Shown: piece after piece, positions 24,049-36,200 of the stretch
How the letters are laid out: every line of letters begins with the position of its first letter
Numbering within the stretch: the first letter of the stretch is position 1
Notes under the pieces: generated by a model
What the model was told of the DNA's origin: nothing
The model's database searches: none
What the model saw: the letters and a program-made list of their open reading frames with translations, nothing else
NCBI RefSeq assembly: GCF_001194135.2
Contig: NC_069004.1
Coordinates: 14,878,851 to 14,942,850, forward strand
Origin: Octopus bimaculoides
Taxonomy: Eukaryota
DNA length: 64,000 nt
Direction: 5' to 3'
Program-made: the position numbers and the translations under genes

Positions 24049-24437
24049 CTCACATATGGCTTTCTTCACCATGTGGCTTCACTCACATCTGGCTTTCTTC
24101 ACCATGTTCCTTCACTCACATCTGACTTTCTTCACCATGTGGCTTCACTCACATCTGACTTTCTTCACCATGTGGCTTCACTCACATCTGGCTTTCTTCA
24201 CCATGTGGCTTCACTCACATCTGACTTTCTGNNNNNNNNNNNNNNNNNNNNNNNNNNNNNNNNNNNNNNNNNNNNNNCCTTCACTCACATCTGACTTTCT
24301 TCACCATGTGGCTTCACTCACATCTGACTTTCTTCACCATGTGGCTTCACTCACATCTGGCTTTCTTCACCATGTGGCTTCACTCACATCTGACTTTCTG
24401 CACCATGTGGCTTCACTCACATCTGGCTTTCTTCACC
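24049..24437. repeat. 33-bp minisatellite, about 12 near-identical copies (gap inside)
   Basis: Unit CTCACATCTGACTTTCTTCACCATGTGGCTTCA. Confidence 0.95.
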
Positions 24438-24781
24438 AACTCAAGTCTATGGCTGAATACACTTGTTCAAGGTGCTATGTAGCAGGATTGATCTTGCAAC
24501 TATTCAGTTGCAAAGCAGACTTCTAACCAAGTTTATTCCACATCACTATATTTCATTGTTCTTCTGGTGCATCACAGAACAATATTCTTTTTTTGTTTGT
24601 TTCTTTGTCTGTTGTTTTTTTTGTTTTGTTTTTTTTGTTTAAATAGCAGACTGGTAAAGTAAATAATCGCATAGTATTAAGATGATAGTGATTAAATTAA
24701 CAGATTACTAATCATATAGTAAAGATGGAGGGGAGGGCAGTTTAATTAACTAATTATGTCTCTCGCTTAAAATTTGTCAGA

Positions 24782-24885
<104 letters not shown>

Positions 24886-25439
24886 AAATGTAAGAAATCA
24901 GTATTTACTCTTCTTGTTTAATTAATTGTTAGAAAACCAGAAATTAGAGATGAGAAAACTGAGGTAGGTGTGTGTGTGTGTGTGTGAAAATATATATATA
25001 TATAGACACATAAATAAATAAATAAATATATATATATATATATATAATATTAATTCATAAAACAGTGTAAACAAATGAAGTAAAAAAAAACAGAATAGAA
25101 TAAAGTCTGATGAATAAGGTATTAGCTTAATGTTTGCAAGAAAGGGTAAGACTGTCTTTGATATTTCTGATGTGAATTATAAAGGAGAGAGGGGTGTAGA
25201 GAGAGAGAGAGAACAGGTATATCATCACCATCATCATCATTATTATCATCATCATAACTATCAACATCATTTAACTTCCATTTTTCATGCATTGTGCTCC
25301 ATGTCAGATTTGGCATGGTTTCTGCAGCTATTAGCCCTTTCTATTGCCAATCACTTTACAGTGTGTACTGGGTGCTTTTTTTTTTGTGCCACTAATACAC
25401 TTAGAAGAAAAGGGGCAAAAAGGGAAAAGCCCCCCTTGC

Positions 25440-25740
25440 CTAAGTAGGGTAGGGTGGAGAATTTATGACAGGGACAAGCACAGATGTCTTGCTATGGAGA
25501 AGATACATGGCTATCCTGCATTTATATAAAGGTGGAAAGGAATATCTGGGTTGCCAGAACAAAACCTTCAGAAAGAAAGGGATTATAAGGGCAGTGGTTC
25601 AGGAGGGGATAGTGACAGAGGGTTTGATATTGGTGTCAAGGTGCATGTAGTGAGTGATGAACAGGAGTGGAGATGCAGCTTGAGGAATATCATTTGGGGA
25701 AGCAATTAGGAAGAGAGCAATAGGAGTGGCTCAGGGGTTG
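25440..25740 (-). mobile_element. Possible decayed CR1/L2-group LINE 3' end
   Basis: Loose resemblance of the minus-strand translation to the CR1/L2 C-terminus; heavily degraded. Confidence 0.3.
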
Positions 25741-25841
25741 AAAGTTCAATGCTTATGGATATGTGTATGTGTGTGTTGCCCTCACATATCTACCATAGCC
25801 TCCTCCCCACTAGTCTCTCCAATTTCTCTTACCATCACTTT

Positions 25842-26045
25842 CTTATTTCTTTACTGCCCACAAGGGGCTACACACAGAGGGGACAAACAAGGACAGACAA
25901 ACAGGTTAAGTCGATTATATTGACCCCAGTGCATAACTGGTACTTATTTAATCGACCTCAGCGGAATTTGAGCTCAGAATGTAGCAGCAGATGAAATACC
26001 GCTAAGCATTTCGCCCGGCATGCTAACATTTCTGCCAGCTTGCTG
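25842..26045 (-). mobile_element. SINE family B (AAAGAAATAAG tail variant)
   Basis: Reverse complement of the 11352-type copy, with an internal deletion. Confidence 0.8.
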
Positions 26046-26104
26046 ACTTCACTTTCAACAGTTACCTCTTCTCTATCTTGAAACTCTTCTCTATCTATTC
26101 AGCT

Positions 26105-26348
26105 CACGTTGTGTCCTTGAGCAAGACACTTTATTTCACGCTGCTCCAGTTCACTCATCTAGCAAAAATTTGTAGTACCTGTATTTCAAAGGGTCAGCTT
26201 TGTCACATTCTGTGTCGCGCTGAATCTCCCCGAGAACTATGTTGAGGATACGCTTGTCTCAGCCACTTGCACGGTAATTTCACGAGCAGGCTGTTCCGTT
26301 GATCGGATCAACTGGAACCATCGACGTCGTAAGCGACGGAGTGCCAAA

Positions 26349-26355
<7 letters not shown>
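26105..26355 (+). mobile_element. SINE family D (CORE-like GTGTCCTTGAGCAAGACAC body + family C tail)
   Basis: Tail ...GACGTCGTAAGCGACGGAGTGCCAA matches the family C tail. Confidence 0.75.
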
Positions 26356-26380
<25 letters not shown>

Positions 26381-28561
26381 AAACAAAGACTTTCTTCCAC
26401 TTGAGGATGTAGCTTAAATTCTGCATTATTTTAAAGGATTTTTTACATTTTGCATTAATGCAGGCATGTAAGTAATTTATTTTTTATTAAATATGACAAT
26501 ATAAATTATTTACAGGTTTTTAAGTTAAAAAACAATTTGTCGTGATATTAAAATTTTCTTATTGTTAAATAAGATTTCATCAAACTATTTCTCTGTCATT
26601 TNNNNNNNNNNNNNNNNNNNNNNNNNNNNNNNNNNNNNNNNNNNNNNNNNNNNNNNNNNNNNNNNNNNNNNNNNNNNNNNNNNNNNNNNNNNNNNNNNNN
26701 NNNNNNNNNNNNNNNNNNNNNNNNNNNNNNNNNNNNNNNNNNNNNNNNNNNNNNNNNNNNNNNNNNNNNNNNNNNNNNNNNNNNNNNNNNNNNNNNNNNN
26801 NNNNNNNNNNNNNNNNNNNNNNNNNNNNNNNNNNNNNNNNNNNNNNNNNNNNNNNNNNNNNNNNNNNNNNNNNNNNNNNNNNNNNNNNNNNNNNNNNNNN
26901 NNNNNNNNNNNNNNNNNNNNNNNNNNNNNNNNNNNNNNNNNNNNNNNNNNNNNNNNNNNNNNNNNNNNNNNNNNNNNNNNNNNNNNNNNNNNNNNNNNNN
27001 NNNNNNNNNNNNNNNNNNNNNNNNNNNNNNNNNNNNNNNNNNNNNNNNNNNNNNNNNNNNNNNNNNNNNNNNNNNNNNNNNNNNNNNNNNNNNNNNNNNN
27101 NNNNNNNNNNNNNNNNNNNNNNNNNNNNNNNNNNNNNNNNNNNNNNNNNNNNNNNNNNNNNNNNNNNNNNNNNNNNNNNNNNNNNNNNNNNNNNNNNNNN
27201 NNNNNNNNNNNNNNNNNNNNNNNNNNNNNNNNNNNNNNNNNNNNNNNNNNNNNNNNNNNNNNNNNNNNNNNNNNNNNNNNNNNNNNNNNNNNNNNNNNNN
27301 NNNNNNNNNNNNNNNNNNNNNNNNNNNNNNNNNNNNNNNNNNNNNNNNNNNNNNNNNNNNNNNNNNNNNNNNNNNNNNNNNNNNNNNNNNNNNNNNNNNN
27401 NNNNNNNNNNNNNNNNNNNNNNNNNNNNNNNNNNNNNNNATTTGATATATATATATATATTTGATATATGTTTGACTTCACTTCAAAAACCGTTAGGTGT
27501 ACTAACTTGAAAAAAGCTGCATGCATATGTATACCCTGGGTGAACTTATAATGCAATAGATTCAACAGAGTGCAATTTAATGCCACATCTTAGGACATGT
27601 ATGCAGAAGAATCGCATGTCAAACTGAAATTTAAAGTGAATGTATTGTATATAAAACTGTAAATAAACAAGTTTTTGAGAATATATAAATTCTCCATTCT
27701 TATTTCTTGTTATAGAATTGATATCCTAAAACTAAGGTACCATGTATAGAAAACATCAATACAGGTGCTGGTGCCATGTAAAAAGCACTGGTGATGGTGC
27801 CATGTAGAAGCACCTAGTACACTCTGTAAAGTGGTTGGTGTTAGGAAGGGCATCCAGCTGCAGAAGCCCAGCCAAAACAGACTGTGGGAACCTGGTGCAG
27901 CCCTTAGTCTTGCCAGTTCCCGTCAAGTTGTCCAATCCATGCCAGCATGGACAACAAACATTAGATGATGATGATGGTGATGCATGTATATGTATTAAGC
28001 ATTTATTGATCAAAATAAAATGGTATAATACAAGGGATGTTTGGATCATTGTAATAGTTTGAAAAAGTGTCAAAGATGTTTCTATGGTTCTATTTTCATT
28101 ATACTTTCTGAAATACAATTAAGAAAAAGAAACAGATTAAAACTTATGTATAGGAAACTTAAAGAAAGTAAGAAAACATTCTAAAACTTTGGGCAAAACC
28201 CGACCCAAAAGGTTTTAACACAATATTGATGCTTCCAGAATAATCTTTACAACAATGATAACAGAAAAATTATATTTTTGTTTGAATTTCATATTCACAG
28301 AATTTCATCAAATTTTCCTCTAAGAAAATATTTGTCTTATAACTTTCTCATTATAATGAATACATACACATACATACATACATGTATATATTTTTGTATG
28401 TATTTTGCTTCTCAGCTTGGCAAAATATTTTTATTGGTGCACACATGGTTGTGTGAGAAGATGTTTGCTTCCCAGTCACATGCCTCTGGATTTAGTTCCA
28501 CTGTGTGACACCTTGACCAAGTGTCTTGTACTGTAGTCTTGGGTCAACCAANNNNNNNNNN

Positions 28562-28593
<32 letters not shown>

Positions 28594-28669
28594 CACATAA
28601 ATATTTTATACATGTATATATTTTTGTATGTATTTTGCTTCTCAGCTTGGCAAAATATTTTTATTGGTG

Positions 28670-29040
28670 CACACATGGTTGTGTGAGAAGATGTTTGCTT
28701 CCCAGTCACATGCCTCTGGATTTAGTTCCACTGTGTGACACCTTGACCAAGTGTCTTGTACTGTAGTCTTGGGTCAACCAAAGCATTGTGAATGGATTCG
28801 AAAGATGGAAACTAAAAGAAGCCCACTGTGTGTGTGTCTTTGTCCCGCACCACTGCTTGACAATTGGTATTGGTTTGTCTATGCACCTGTAACTTAGCAG
28901 TTAGACAAAAGAGTTTGATAGAACAAGTACCAGGCTTTAAAAACATAAGTATTCAAGGCAATTTTTTTGGCTAACTTTTCAAAGTGCTGGCCAAGGATGG
29001 CTGCAGTCCAATGATTGAAACAAGTAAAAGATAAAAGAAT
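28670..29040 (+). mobile_element. SINE family A; head falsely duplicated at 28435-28550
   Basis: Family A head and tail; identical ~180 bp on both sides of a 10-N gap. Confidence 0.75.
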
Positions 29041-29331
29041 ACACACACACCCACGCACACACACACATACGTGCACACACACACACACACACACATATTT
29101 AATTTAACAATAAAATTAATTTTACACGTCTATTTTATCTTTAGTTTTTTTTTTGTTTCATAATTTTGTCTTATGTTTATAATGCTTATTTTTGATTGAT
29201 TATTTAATATTTCATTGTTTTAATTAATTAATAGAAAAAATATATTCTTTTTCCATAGTTTTTTTTTTTGTTTCATTTTTGTTATAACTCTGTTTTATTT
29301 ATAGAACGAAAAGTATGTGTTAAAGTGTGTG

Positions 29332-29372
<41 letters not shown>

Positions 29373-30431
29373 GTGTATGTGTGTGTGTGTTTGTGTGTGT
29401 GTAAACATTGAGGAGTGCTATGATTGCAAATCAGCTTTTCTATCATTGATTTTGCTATGCATGTATACCAGACAATTTTCTGTATAAAATGCATACGCAC
29501 ATGTACACGCACATATAAATATGTCTGTATGTATATATGTGTGTATTTAATATATATGTATAACTATATATATTTGCTTGTGTGTGTAATATATGTGTAT
29601 AACTATGTGTGTGTAACATGTGTATAACTATGTGTGTGTGAGTATATATACACACATATATATGTATACATGCACACACACAGATATACACTGACATGCA
29701 TATACATCCTTGGCAGACGATTTTCTGTATCAAATATGTATATGCAAATAGTTGCATATATGAAAAAAAAATTGGTGTACATGTATATATACGTGTGTGT
29801 TTGTATGTATGAATACATGTTTGTGCACTTGTACATGTTTGTATATCTATAGTAGACAATTTTCTTCAAGCAATCAACTAAGTAATCATTGATAATACTG
29901 GGTCTTTCTTGTTGTTGTTGTAAGATATAAGATTTGATTTAAATATCTTTGCATATTTTATGTATAGCTGGAAACGACTTCCATTTCTGGAACAAAACAG
30001 TGACAGTTCAAAGATATAAACATCAAATATTGGCCAAAGAACCACGGTTAATAATCAATTCTTACAAATTTGTATCTTTCATCTTTTACTTGTTTCATTC
30101 TTTGGACTGCAGCCATGCTGGGGCACCACCTTAAATGGTTTTTAGTCAAATAAATCAACCCCAGTTGTAACATGGTACTGACGGCAGACAATTACAAACA
30201 CAAAGAGACATACCCACATATATCCTGGTGAAAATGTGTTGTACCTGGAGTTCAAGAGAGCCAGCCGTGTCATATTCTGTGTACCTTGCTGAATCTCCCT
30301 GAGAACTACATTAAAGGTATGCATGTCTGTGGAGTATCCAACCACTTGCACATTAATTTCATTAGCAGGTTGTTCTGTTGATTGAATCAACTGACCCATT
30401 TGTTATTGTAACTAACAAAGTGCCCTGCTAT

Positions 30432-30436
<5 letters not shown>

Positions 30437-30505
<69 letters not shown>

Positions 30506-30742
30506 CTATTAAGGCGGCGAGCTGGCAGAAACGTTAGCACGCCGAGCAAAATGCTTAGCAGTATTTCGTCTGCCGTTATGTTCTGAGTTCAAACCCCGCC
30601 GAGGTCTTTTTTGTCTTTCATCCTTTCTGGGTCGATTAACTAAGTACCAGTTATGCACTGGGGTTGATATAATCGACTTAATCCGTGTGTCTGTCCTTGT
30701 TTGTCCCCTCTGTGTGTAGCCCCTTGTGGGCAGTAAAGAAAT

Positions 30743-30778
<36 letters not shown>

Positions 30779-30780
30779 CA
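30437..30780 (+). mobile_element. SINE family B inserted in a (GATA)n microsatellite
   Basis: (ATAG)n - AAGGCGGCGAGCTGGCAG...AAAGAAATAAG - (ATAG)n. Confidence 0.85.
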
Positions 30781-30879
30781 TATGTATAGAGAAGCAGGCA
30801 GCTGCAGCAATGCATTGTTGGGTGTAGAGAGCAAGATGAGGCAAGTAACGCATCTTGGTCATTTACTGCATCTATCTCA

Positions 30880-31145
30880 GGGCCACCTGAGACATGCCAG
30901 TGGCATGTAAAAAGCACCATCCAAACATGGCCGATGCCAGTGCCCCCTGACTAGCTCCCGTGCTGGTGGCACGTAAAAAGCACCCACTACACTCTTGGAG
31001 TGGTTGTCGTTAGGAAGGACCTCCAGCTGCTGAAACATTGCCAGATCAAATTGAAACCTGGTGCAGCCGCTGGCTTTCCAGACCTCAGTCAAACCGTCCT
31101 ACCCATGCCAGCATGGAAAACAGACGTTAAACAATGATGATGATA
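30880..31145 (+). mobile_element. RTE-type 3' tail
   Basis: TGGCACGTAAAAAGCACC...GTTAGGAAGG...GACGTTAAACAATGATGATGAT. Confidence 0.75.
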
Positions 31146-31324
31146 ATGTCTCTGTCCCCAGTTATCTTGATCAGATCTTGCCACTGGATTAGAGATGGTC
31201 ACAGGTGAGAAAGCGAGGCTGATGGTGCACAACTCTTCTTCACTTTAAACAAATTCACCCCACAAGTTATCAGTCATCCTTAAGGATGACTGGATGGTCA
31301 TCATCATTCTGACAGATGAACATG

Positions 31325-31480
31325 GTAAATTAAGATGGAAGTCATTAAGCAAAGAACCAGTCCAGGCTGATGGAGATATGGAATTGCTAGAATATTGGAC
31401 AAGAAGATGTTTTGTACTGTACTCTCTGCTGGCTTTTTGCATTCTGAATTTCCACTCTGTCTCCTAACGCTAACCTCTTC
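31325..31480 (+). pseudogene. Possible remnant of a hAT transposase C-terminal dimerisation domain
   Basis: KEPVQADGDMELLEYW...LA..IL...SVS*R loosely fits EP..D.L.WW...LA..L...S.SER. Confidence 0.25.
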
Positions 31481-31530
31481 ATGGTATGCAACAGGTCTTT
31501 TAGGGCTCAGCTAATGGTGTAGGCTTCCAG

Positions 31531-31646
31531 TGTCAGATGAGTGAATGTCAATTAGAACATAAATGCTATAGCAGTAAGTGGGTTTCATTGTCAGATGAGT
31601 GAATGTCAATTAGAACATAAATGCTATAGCAGTAAGTGGGTTTCAT
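31531..31646. repeat. Perfect 58-bp tandem duplication
   Basis: tgtcagatga...gggtttcat twice (31531-31588, 31589-31646). Confidence 0.9.
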
Positions 31647-32132
31647 TTTAGGGTGATTTAGCTGTTGTTTCTAGCTAGGTAAGCCACCATATAAAGGCAC
31701 CTTATATATTGGTTGGGATTTTAGGCCTACCATTGAAATAATATTCAAGGTCCAAGGCCATTCTGATGAAAACCAGAAGGCACATAGCTTGATGTTTACC
31801 CTCTAGTGCCATGCATGTCAAATTTGGTGGAGGACAAGAATACTTTTTGAACAATGCTCTGGAATGTGCTTCATGCTCTGACCACTAAACGGCTGCTAAT
31901 TAGTACCTTTGACACTGTGGAATGCTTCCCGCCTTTTCTCTCCTCTACAGCAACATTGATCCCACTTCCTATCATTGCTACAAAGAAATGGGAGTAGTAC
32001 CATATATTTTACCTACATTTTTTTGTATTGGTTGAACTTACATTGCAATATTTGTATATTGTCACAATGTATTATCTTTTTCCTATAGCATCGCTTTCAA
32101 GTCCATGTGCCTATTTGGTACTATAGGCATAA

Positions 32133-32930
32133 ATGGAAAATGCAAAGGGAAAGAATGATGATGATGTGTTGTTAGCTCGCCTCTTGGATGATGCAGATGA
32201 TCTGAAACCTAATATGGACAAAGATCTGGCATCCCTACTGTCCAGTCCAACATGGATTGACATTCCTTTCCAGGCACCTGATACTGAGTTCAAAGGCACT
32301 ATGGAAAGAGCACCAGATGACGGGAATTTGAAGACTCTATACCAGTTCTTCAAAGAATTCAAAATGGACAAAATGCTCAATGATGTTGTGACCGAAACAA
32401 ATATCTACAGCCACCAGAAAATTAAAACAATCATGAGAACAACGAAGAAGGAAGTAGAGATAGCACTCTACCACAGGATGGGTGTTGTGCAGGCTCATTG
32501 TATTCACAGTCATTGGGAAAATAGTACCCGATATGAACCAGTCGCTGACCGCATGGGATGAGATCATTTCCAGAAGCTTGCATTCATGATTCACTTTGTC
32601 GACAACTTGAAAGTAAATGAGCAGAACAAGGCTGATGTCAAGGTGTGGAAATTGCACTCATGGCTAAAGGACTTTCACGCCGATCTCAAGAAGATCCCTC
32701 CGGAAGAACATCATCCTGTTGACAAAATAGTGGTTGCCTTCAAGGGGAGAGCAGCTCTAAAACAATACATGCAAGGAAAACCTCACCCTTGGAGCTTCAA
32801 GCTCTAGGCTAGAACAGGTGTATTTGGCATCCTGTATAATTTTGATGTCTATCAAGGTTCGGTTGACAGCAAGTGCAAAGTTCAATCTGCACTGGGGCTT
32901 GGTGGAGATGTGGTCCTCCAGATGACTGAG
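32133..32930 (+). pseudogene. Truncated piggyBac-family transposase (DDE_Tnp_1_7-like, PGBD3-type); two in-frame stops, no frameshift
   Basis: LYQFFKEF..MLNDVVTETNIYS; TRYEPVADRMG*DHFQKL..IHFVDN; VDKIVVAFKGR..LKQYMQGKPHPWSFKL*A; YNFDVYQG; LGLGGDVV. Ends before the second catalytic Asp. Possible left TIR TTTA-CCCTCTAGTGCC at 31795-31810. Confidence 0.85.
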
Positions 32931-33217
32931 GCAAAATTCTTAGTGACATTTCATCTATCTTTATATCCTGAGTTCAAATGCTGCAAAAGTCGATTTTGCT
33001 TTCTTCCTTCTGGGGTCAATAAAATATGTACCAGTTGAGAATGGGGTCAATGAAAACGAATATTTCCTCCCCAAAAATTGCTAGCCCTATGCCAAAACTG
33101 AAAACCAGTATTAATACAATGAATTTTGGCACATAACTGGTATTTTATTTTCTGTCTACTAAAAACATGAAGGATAATGTTCATCCAGCTTGATTTGAAC
33201 TCAGAAAATAAAATACC

Positions 33218-33379
33218 CAGTGGTTGTGTGGTAAGAAGCTTGCTTCCTAACCACATGGTTCCAGGTTCAGTCCCACTATGTGACACCTTGAGTAAGTCTC
33301 TTCTACTATAGCCTCAGGCCAACCAAAGCCTTGTGAGTGGATTTGGTAGATGGAAACTGAAGGAAGTCTGCTGTGTGTG

Positions 33380-33419
<40 letters not shown>

Positions 33420-33640
33420 TGTGTATCTGTGTTTGTCCCCTCATCACCATTTGACAACTGGTGCTGGTGTGTTTACATCCCTGTAACTTAGATGTTCAAG
33501 AAAAGAGAGTGATACAATAAGTACCAGGCTTTATGAAAAAAGCTAAGTCCTGGGGTTGATTTGTTCGACTAAAACATTCATCAATGCATTGCCCCAACAT
33601 GGTCGCAGTCTAATGGCTGAAACAAGCGAAAGATAAAAGA
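33218..33640 (+). mobile_element. SINE family A
   Basis: Head, internal (TA)(TG)n and tail all present. Confidence 0.8.
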
Positions 33641-33974
33641 TATCATCAAAAGCCTGAAGCTACAAGATAATGCATGATTAAATGAAAACAGTGTGAATAA
33701 ATAAGTAATACATTTGACAGAGTAATCTGAATGCTTAAAGGGTTAATAAGAGAAAACAATTTTTTAAATCTCCTAATTTGATAGATCAATGTTTCTATTG
33801 ATTCACTTATATATTCAATGACACATAAAGAATAATGAGAGACAGGATAAAAAGAATAATAAGTACTCTATATCCTCTTAAGTCTTTTATATTTGATTTT
33901 AAACTGTAAACTCACAAAAATAAATTGATGAGTGTAAAGAAAAAACATATAACAATCCATTTTTAGAATACTAA

Positions 33975-34156
33975 TCAAACTGCTTAGCAGCATTTCCTCT
34001 CGCTCTGTGTTCTGAATTCAAATTCTACTGAGGTCAACTTTGCCTTTCATCCTTTCGGGGTCAGTAAATTAAGTACCAGCTGAACACTGGGGTCAATATA
34101 TTCGACTAATCCCCGCCCACAAAATTTCAGGCCCTGTGCCTTCAGTAGGGAGGAGG

Positions 34157-34160
<4 letters not shown>
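33975..34160 (+). mobile_element. SINE family B whose (TTA)n tail hosts the Dong insertion
   Basis: CTTTGCCTTTCATCCTTTCGGGGTC...GGCCCTGTGCC...GGATTATTATT. Confidence 0.75.
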
Positions 34161-34192
<32 letters not shown>

Positions 34193-34228
34193 GTTATTGT
34201 TATTGTTATTATTATTATTATTATTATT

Positions 34229-35400
34229 CAGTAGTCTTATTTTTATCATGTGCTTTTCACTGCACTACGAGGTGCAGCACTGTGTGCCTTGGGTACGTGC
34301 TGTGATTTGCTGTGGTACTCTTATTTTCACTGTGTTGAAAGTGCTTTACATAGGATGTGTGCAGTGCCTAGTAGGAAAAAATAAAAGATACAAAACATAA
34401 GCAAAAAAAATAAAGGAGAAAAAGGAAAGAAAATTCAAAGCGACAATGCTTCTTCTCAGTACATGTAATGTATCAGTTAAGACAATCTTTTGCACTTTTT
34501 GCATGGATGGTAAGCCAGAGATCATTCTCGAATAATTTTCAGTCCCTTTTTTAATCATTCCAAGTGCTCCTACATTCACTGGTGTTGTAACTGTAATAAG
34601 ATGCCACATCTTTTCAGTTTCGATTAGCAAATCTTTATATTTTCTGTGTTTATCGAATTCTTTTGCCGAGATACTATGGTTACAGAGTATATTCATGTCA
34701 ATCAGTAAACAGACTTTATTGTTTTGGTCTTTCACAATGATATCTGGTTTATTCGCTTTGATGGTCCAGTCTGTACATACTGGGAAGTCCCAAAGAATAG
34801 TTACATTTTCTCCCTCAGTTACAACCTCAGGGTGGTGCTTGTACCATTTGTCAGCAGATTTGATTTTATAATGCCGGCACATTATCCAGTGTAGATATTG
34901 GCCAACAATGTCATGTCTTGATTTGTATTCTACTGGTGCTAAAACCTTACACCCAGAGATTAGGTGGTCCACTGTTTCAATCCCATGATTGCAGTATTGG
35001 CATTTAGGGTCTACTCCATTTTTCATCACATTGGCTTGATAATTCCAGGTCAATAAGCTCTGATCTTGAACTGCCAAGATAAAACCTTCACTCTCTACTT
35101 TTAGCCCTGAGCTCCGTAGCCACTGATGGGTGTGTTTCTGGTCTACATCAGCTTGTTTGCTACAGGCCACATAATTGCCATGCAGAGGTTTTTGTTCCCA
35201 CCTATCAGCCAATTGTTCAAGAGCATTTTTGCTTTGCTATTGATTTCACCTTCTTTGCAACTGCAGTTACTGCACTTCCCTCATGCTGTTCAACCTGGGT
35301 ATTATGCATAAACTCACTTGCAAATTCTCTGCTTTCTTTCATAACAGAATGAAGCTTCTTACATCTCCCATGGTTTTTCAACAAGCTTTAGCATCCAGTC

Positions 35401-35402
<2 letters not shown>
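34229..35402 (-). mobile_element. 5'-truncated R4/Dong-clade non-LTR retrotransposon (CCHC finger + restriction-like endonuclease), flanked by (TAA)n
   Basis: ORF 34346-35212: WLRSSGLK.E.EGFI.A.QDQ, CQYC-x8-H-x4-C, RHD, ILWD, NKPDIIVKD..LID, KYKDL, VGALG; (TAA)n at both ends. Confidence 0.9.
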
Positions 35403-35431
<29 letters not shown>

Positions 35432-35435
35432 TATT

Positions 35436-35497
35436 AAGGCAGTGAGTTGGCAGAATTGTTAGCACATCATGCAAAATGCTTTGCTGCGTTTTGACTA

Positions 35498-35545
<48 letters not shown>

Positions 35546-36200
35546 CATTATAATTATTATTGGCAAGCTGGCAGAATTGTTAGCACACCGAGTGCAAAGC
35601 TTAACTGCCAAGGTTAACTTTGCCTTTCATCCTTCTGAGGTTGATAAAATAAGTACCAGTTGAACACTAGGGTCAATGTAATCGACTTACCCCCTCCCCA
35701 AAAATTTTAGGCCTTGTACCTATTGTAGAAAGGATCATTATTATTATTAAGGTGGCGAGCTGGCAGAATGGTTAGCATGCCAGGCAAAATGCTTAGCAGT
35801 GTTTCATCCATCTTTACATTCTGAGTTCAAATGCTGCCAGGGTCGACTTTGCCTTTCTTCCTTTCAGGATCAGTAAAATAAGTACCAATTGATTACTGGG
35901 GTCAGTGTAGTTAACTTACCCCTTCCCTCAAAATTTCTGGCCTTGTGCTAAAATTTTAAACCATTATTATTGTTGTTGTTCTTGTTAGAATGATACACTG
36001 GCAGAATCATTAAAGTGTCAATGGGAATGTCTTGTGGTATTTCTACCAGCTCTTGACATTCTGGGTTCAAATCCTGCTGAGGATCAGTTTTGTCTTTTAT
36101 CCTTCAGGGGTCAATAAAATTGAATACCAGTCATATACTGAAGTCATTTTAATCGACTAACTGCTCGCCCTCTCCATATTTTTTGGCCTTCTACCACCGT
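35436..36200 (+). mobile_element. Head-to-tail array of 4 SINE family B copies/fragments separated by (TTA)n
   Basis: Heads near 35436, 35560, 35750, 35995, each preceded by TTA/GTT repeats. Confidence 0.8.

Noticed and set aside
24049-24437. CRISPR-like regular array
   Set aside because: No unique spacers; contiguous 33-bp tandem units in eukaryotic DNA
28378-28790. Apparent ~180-bp direct repeat
   Set aside because: Identical sequence flanking a 10-N gap; assembly artefact
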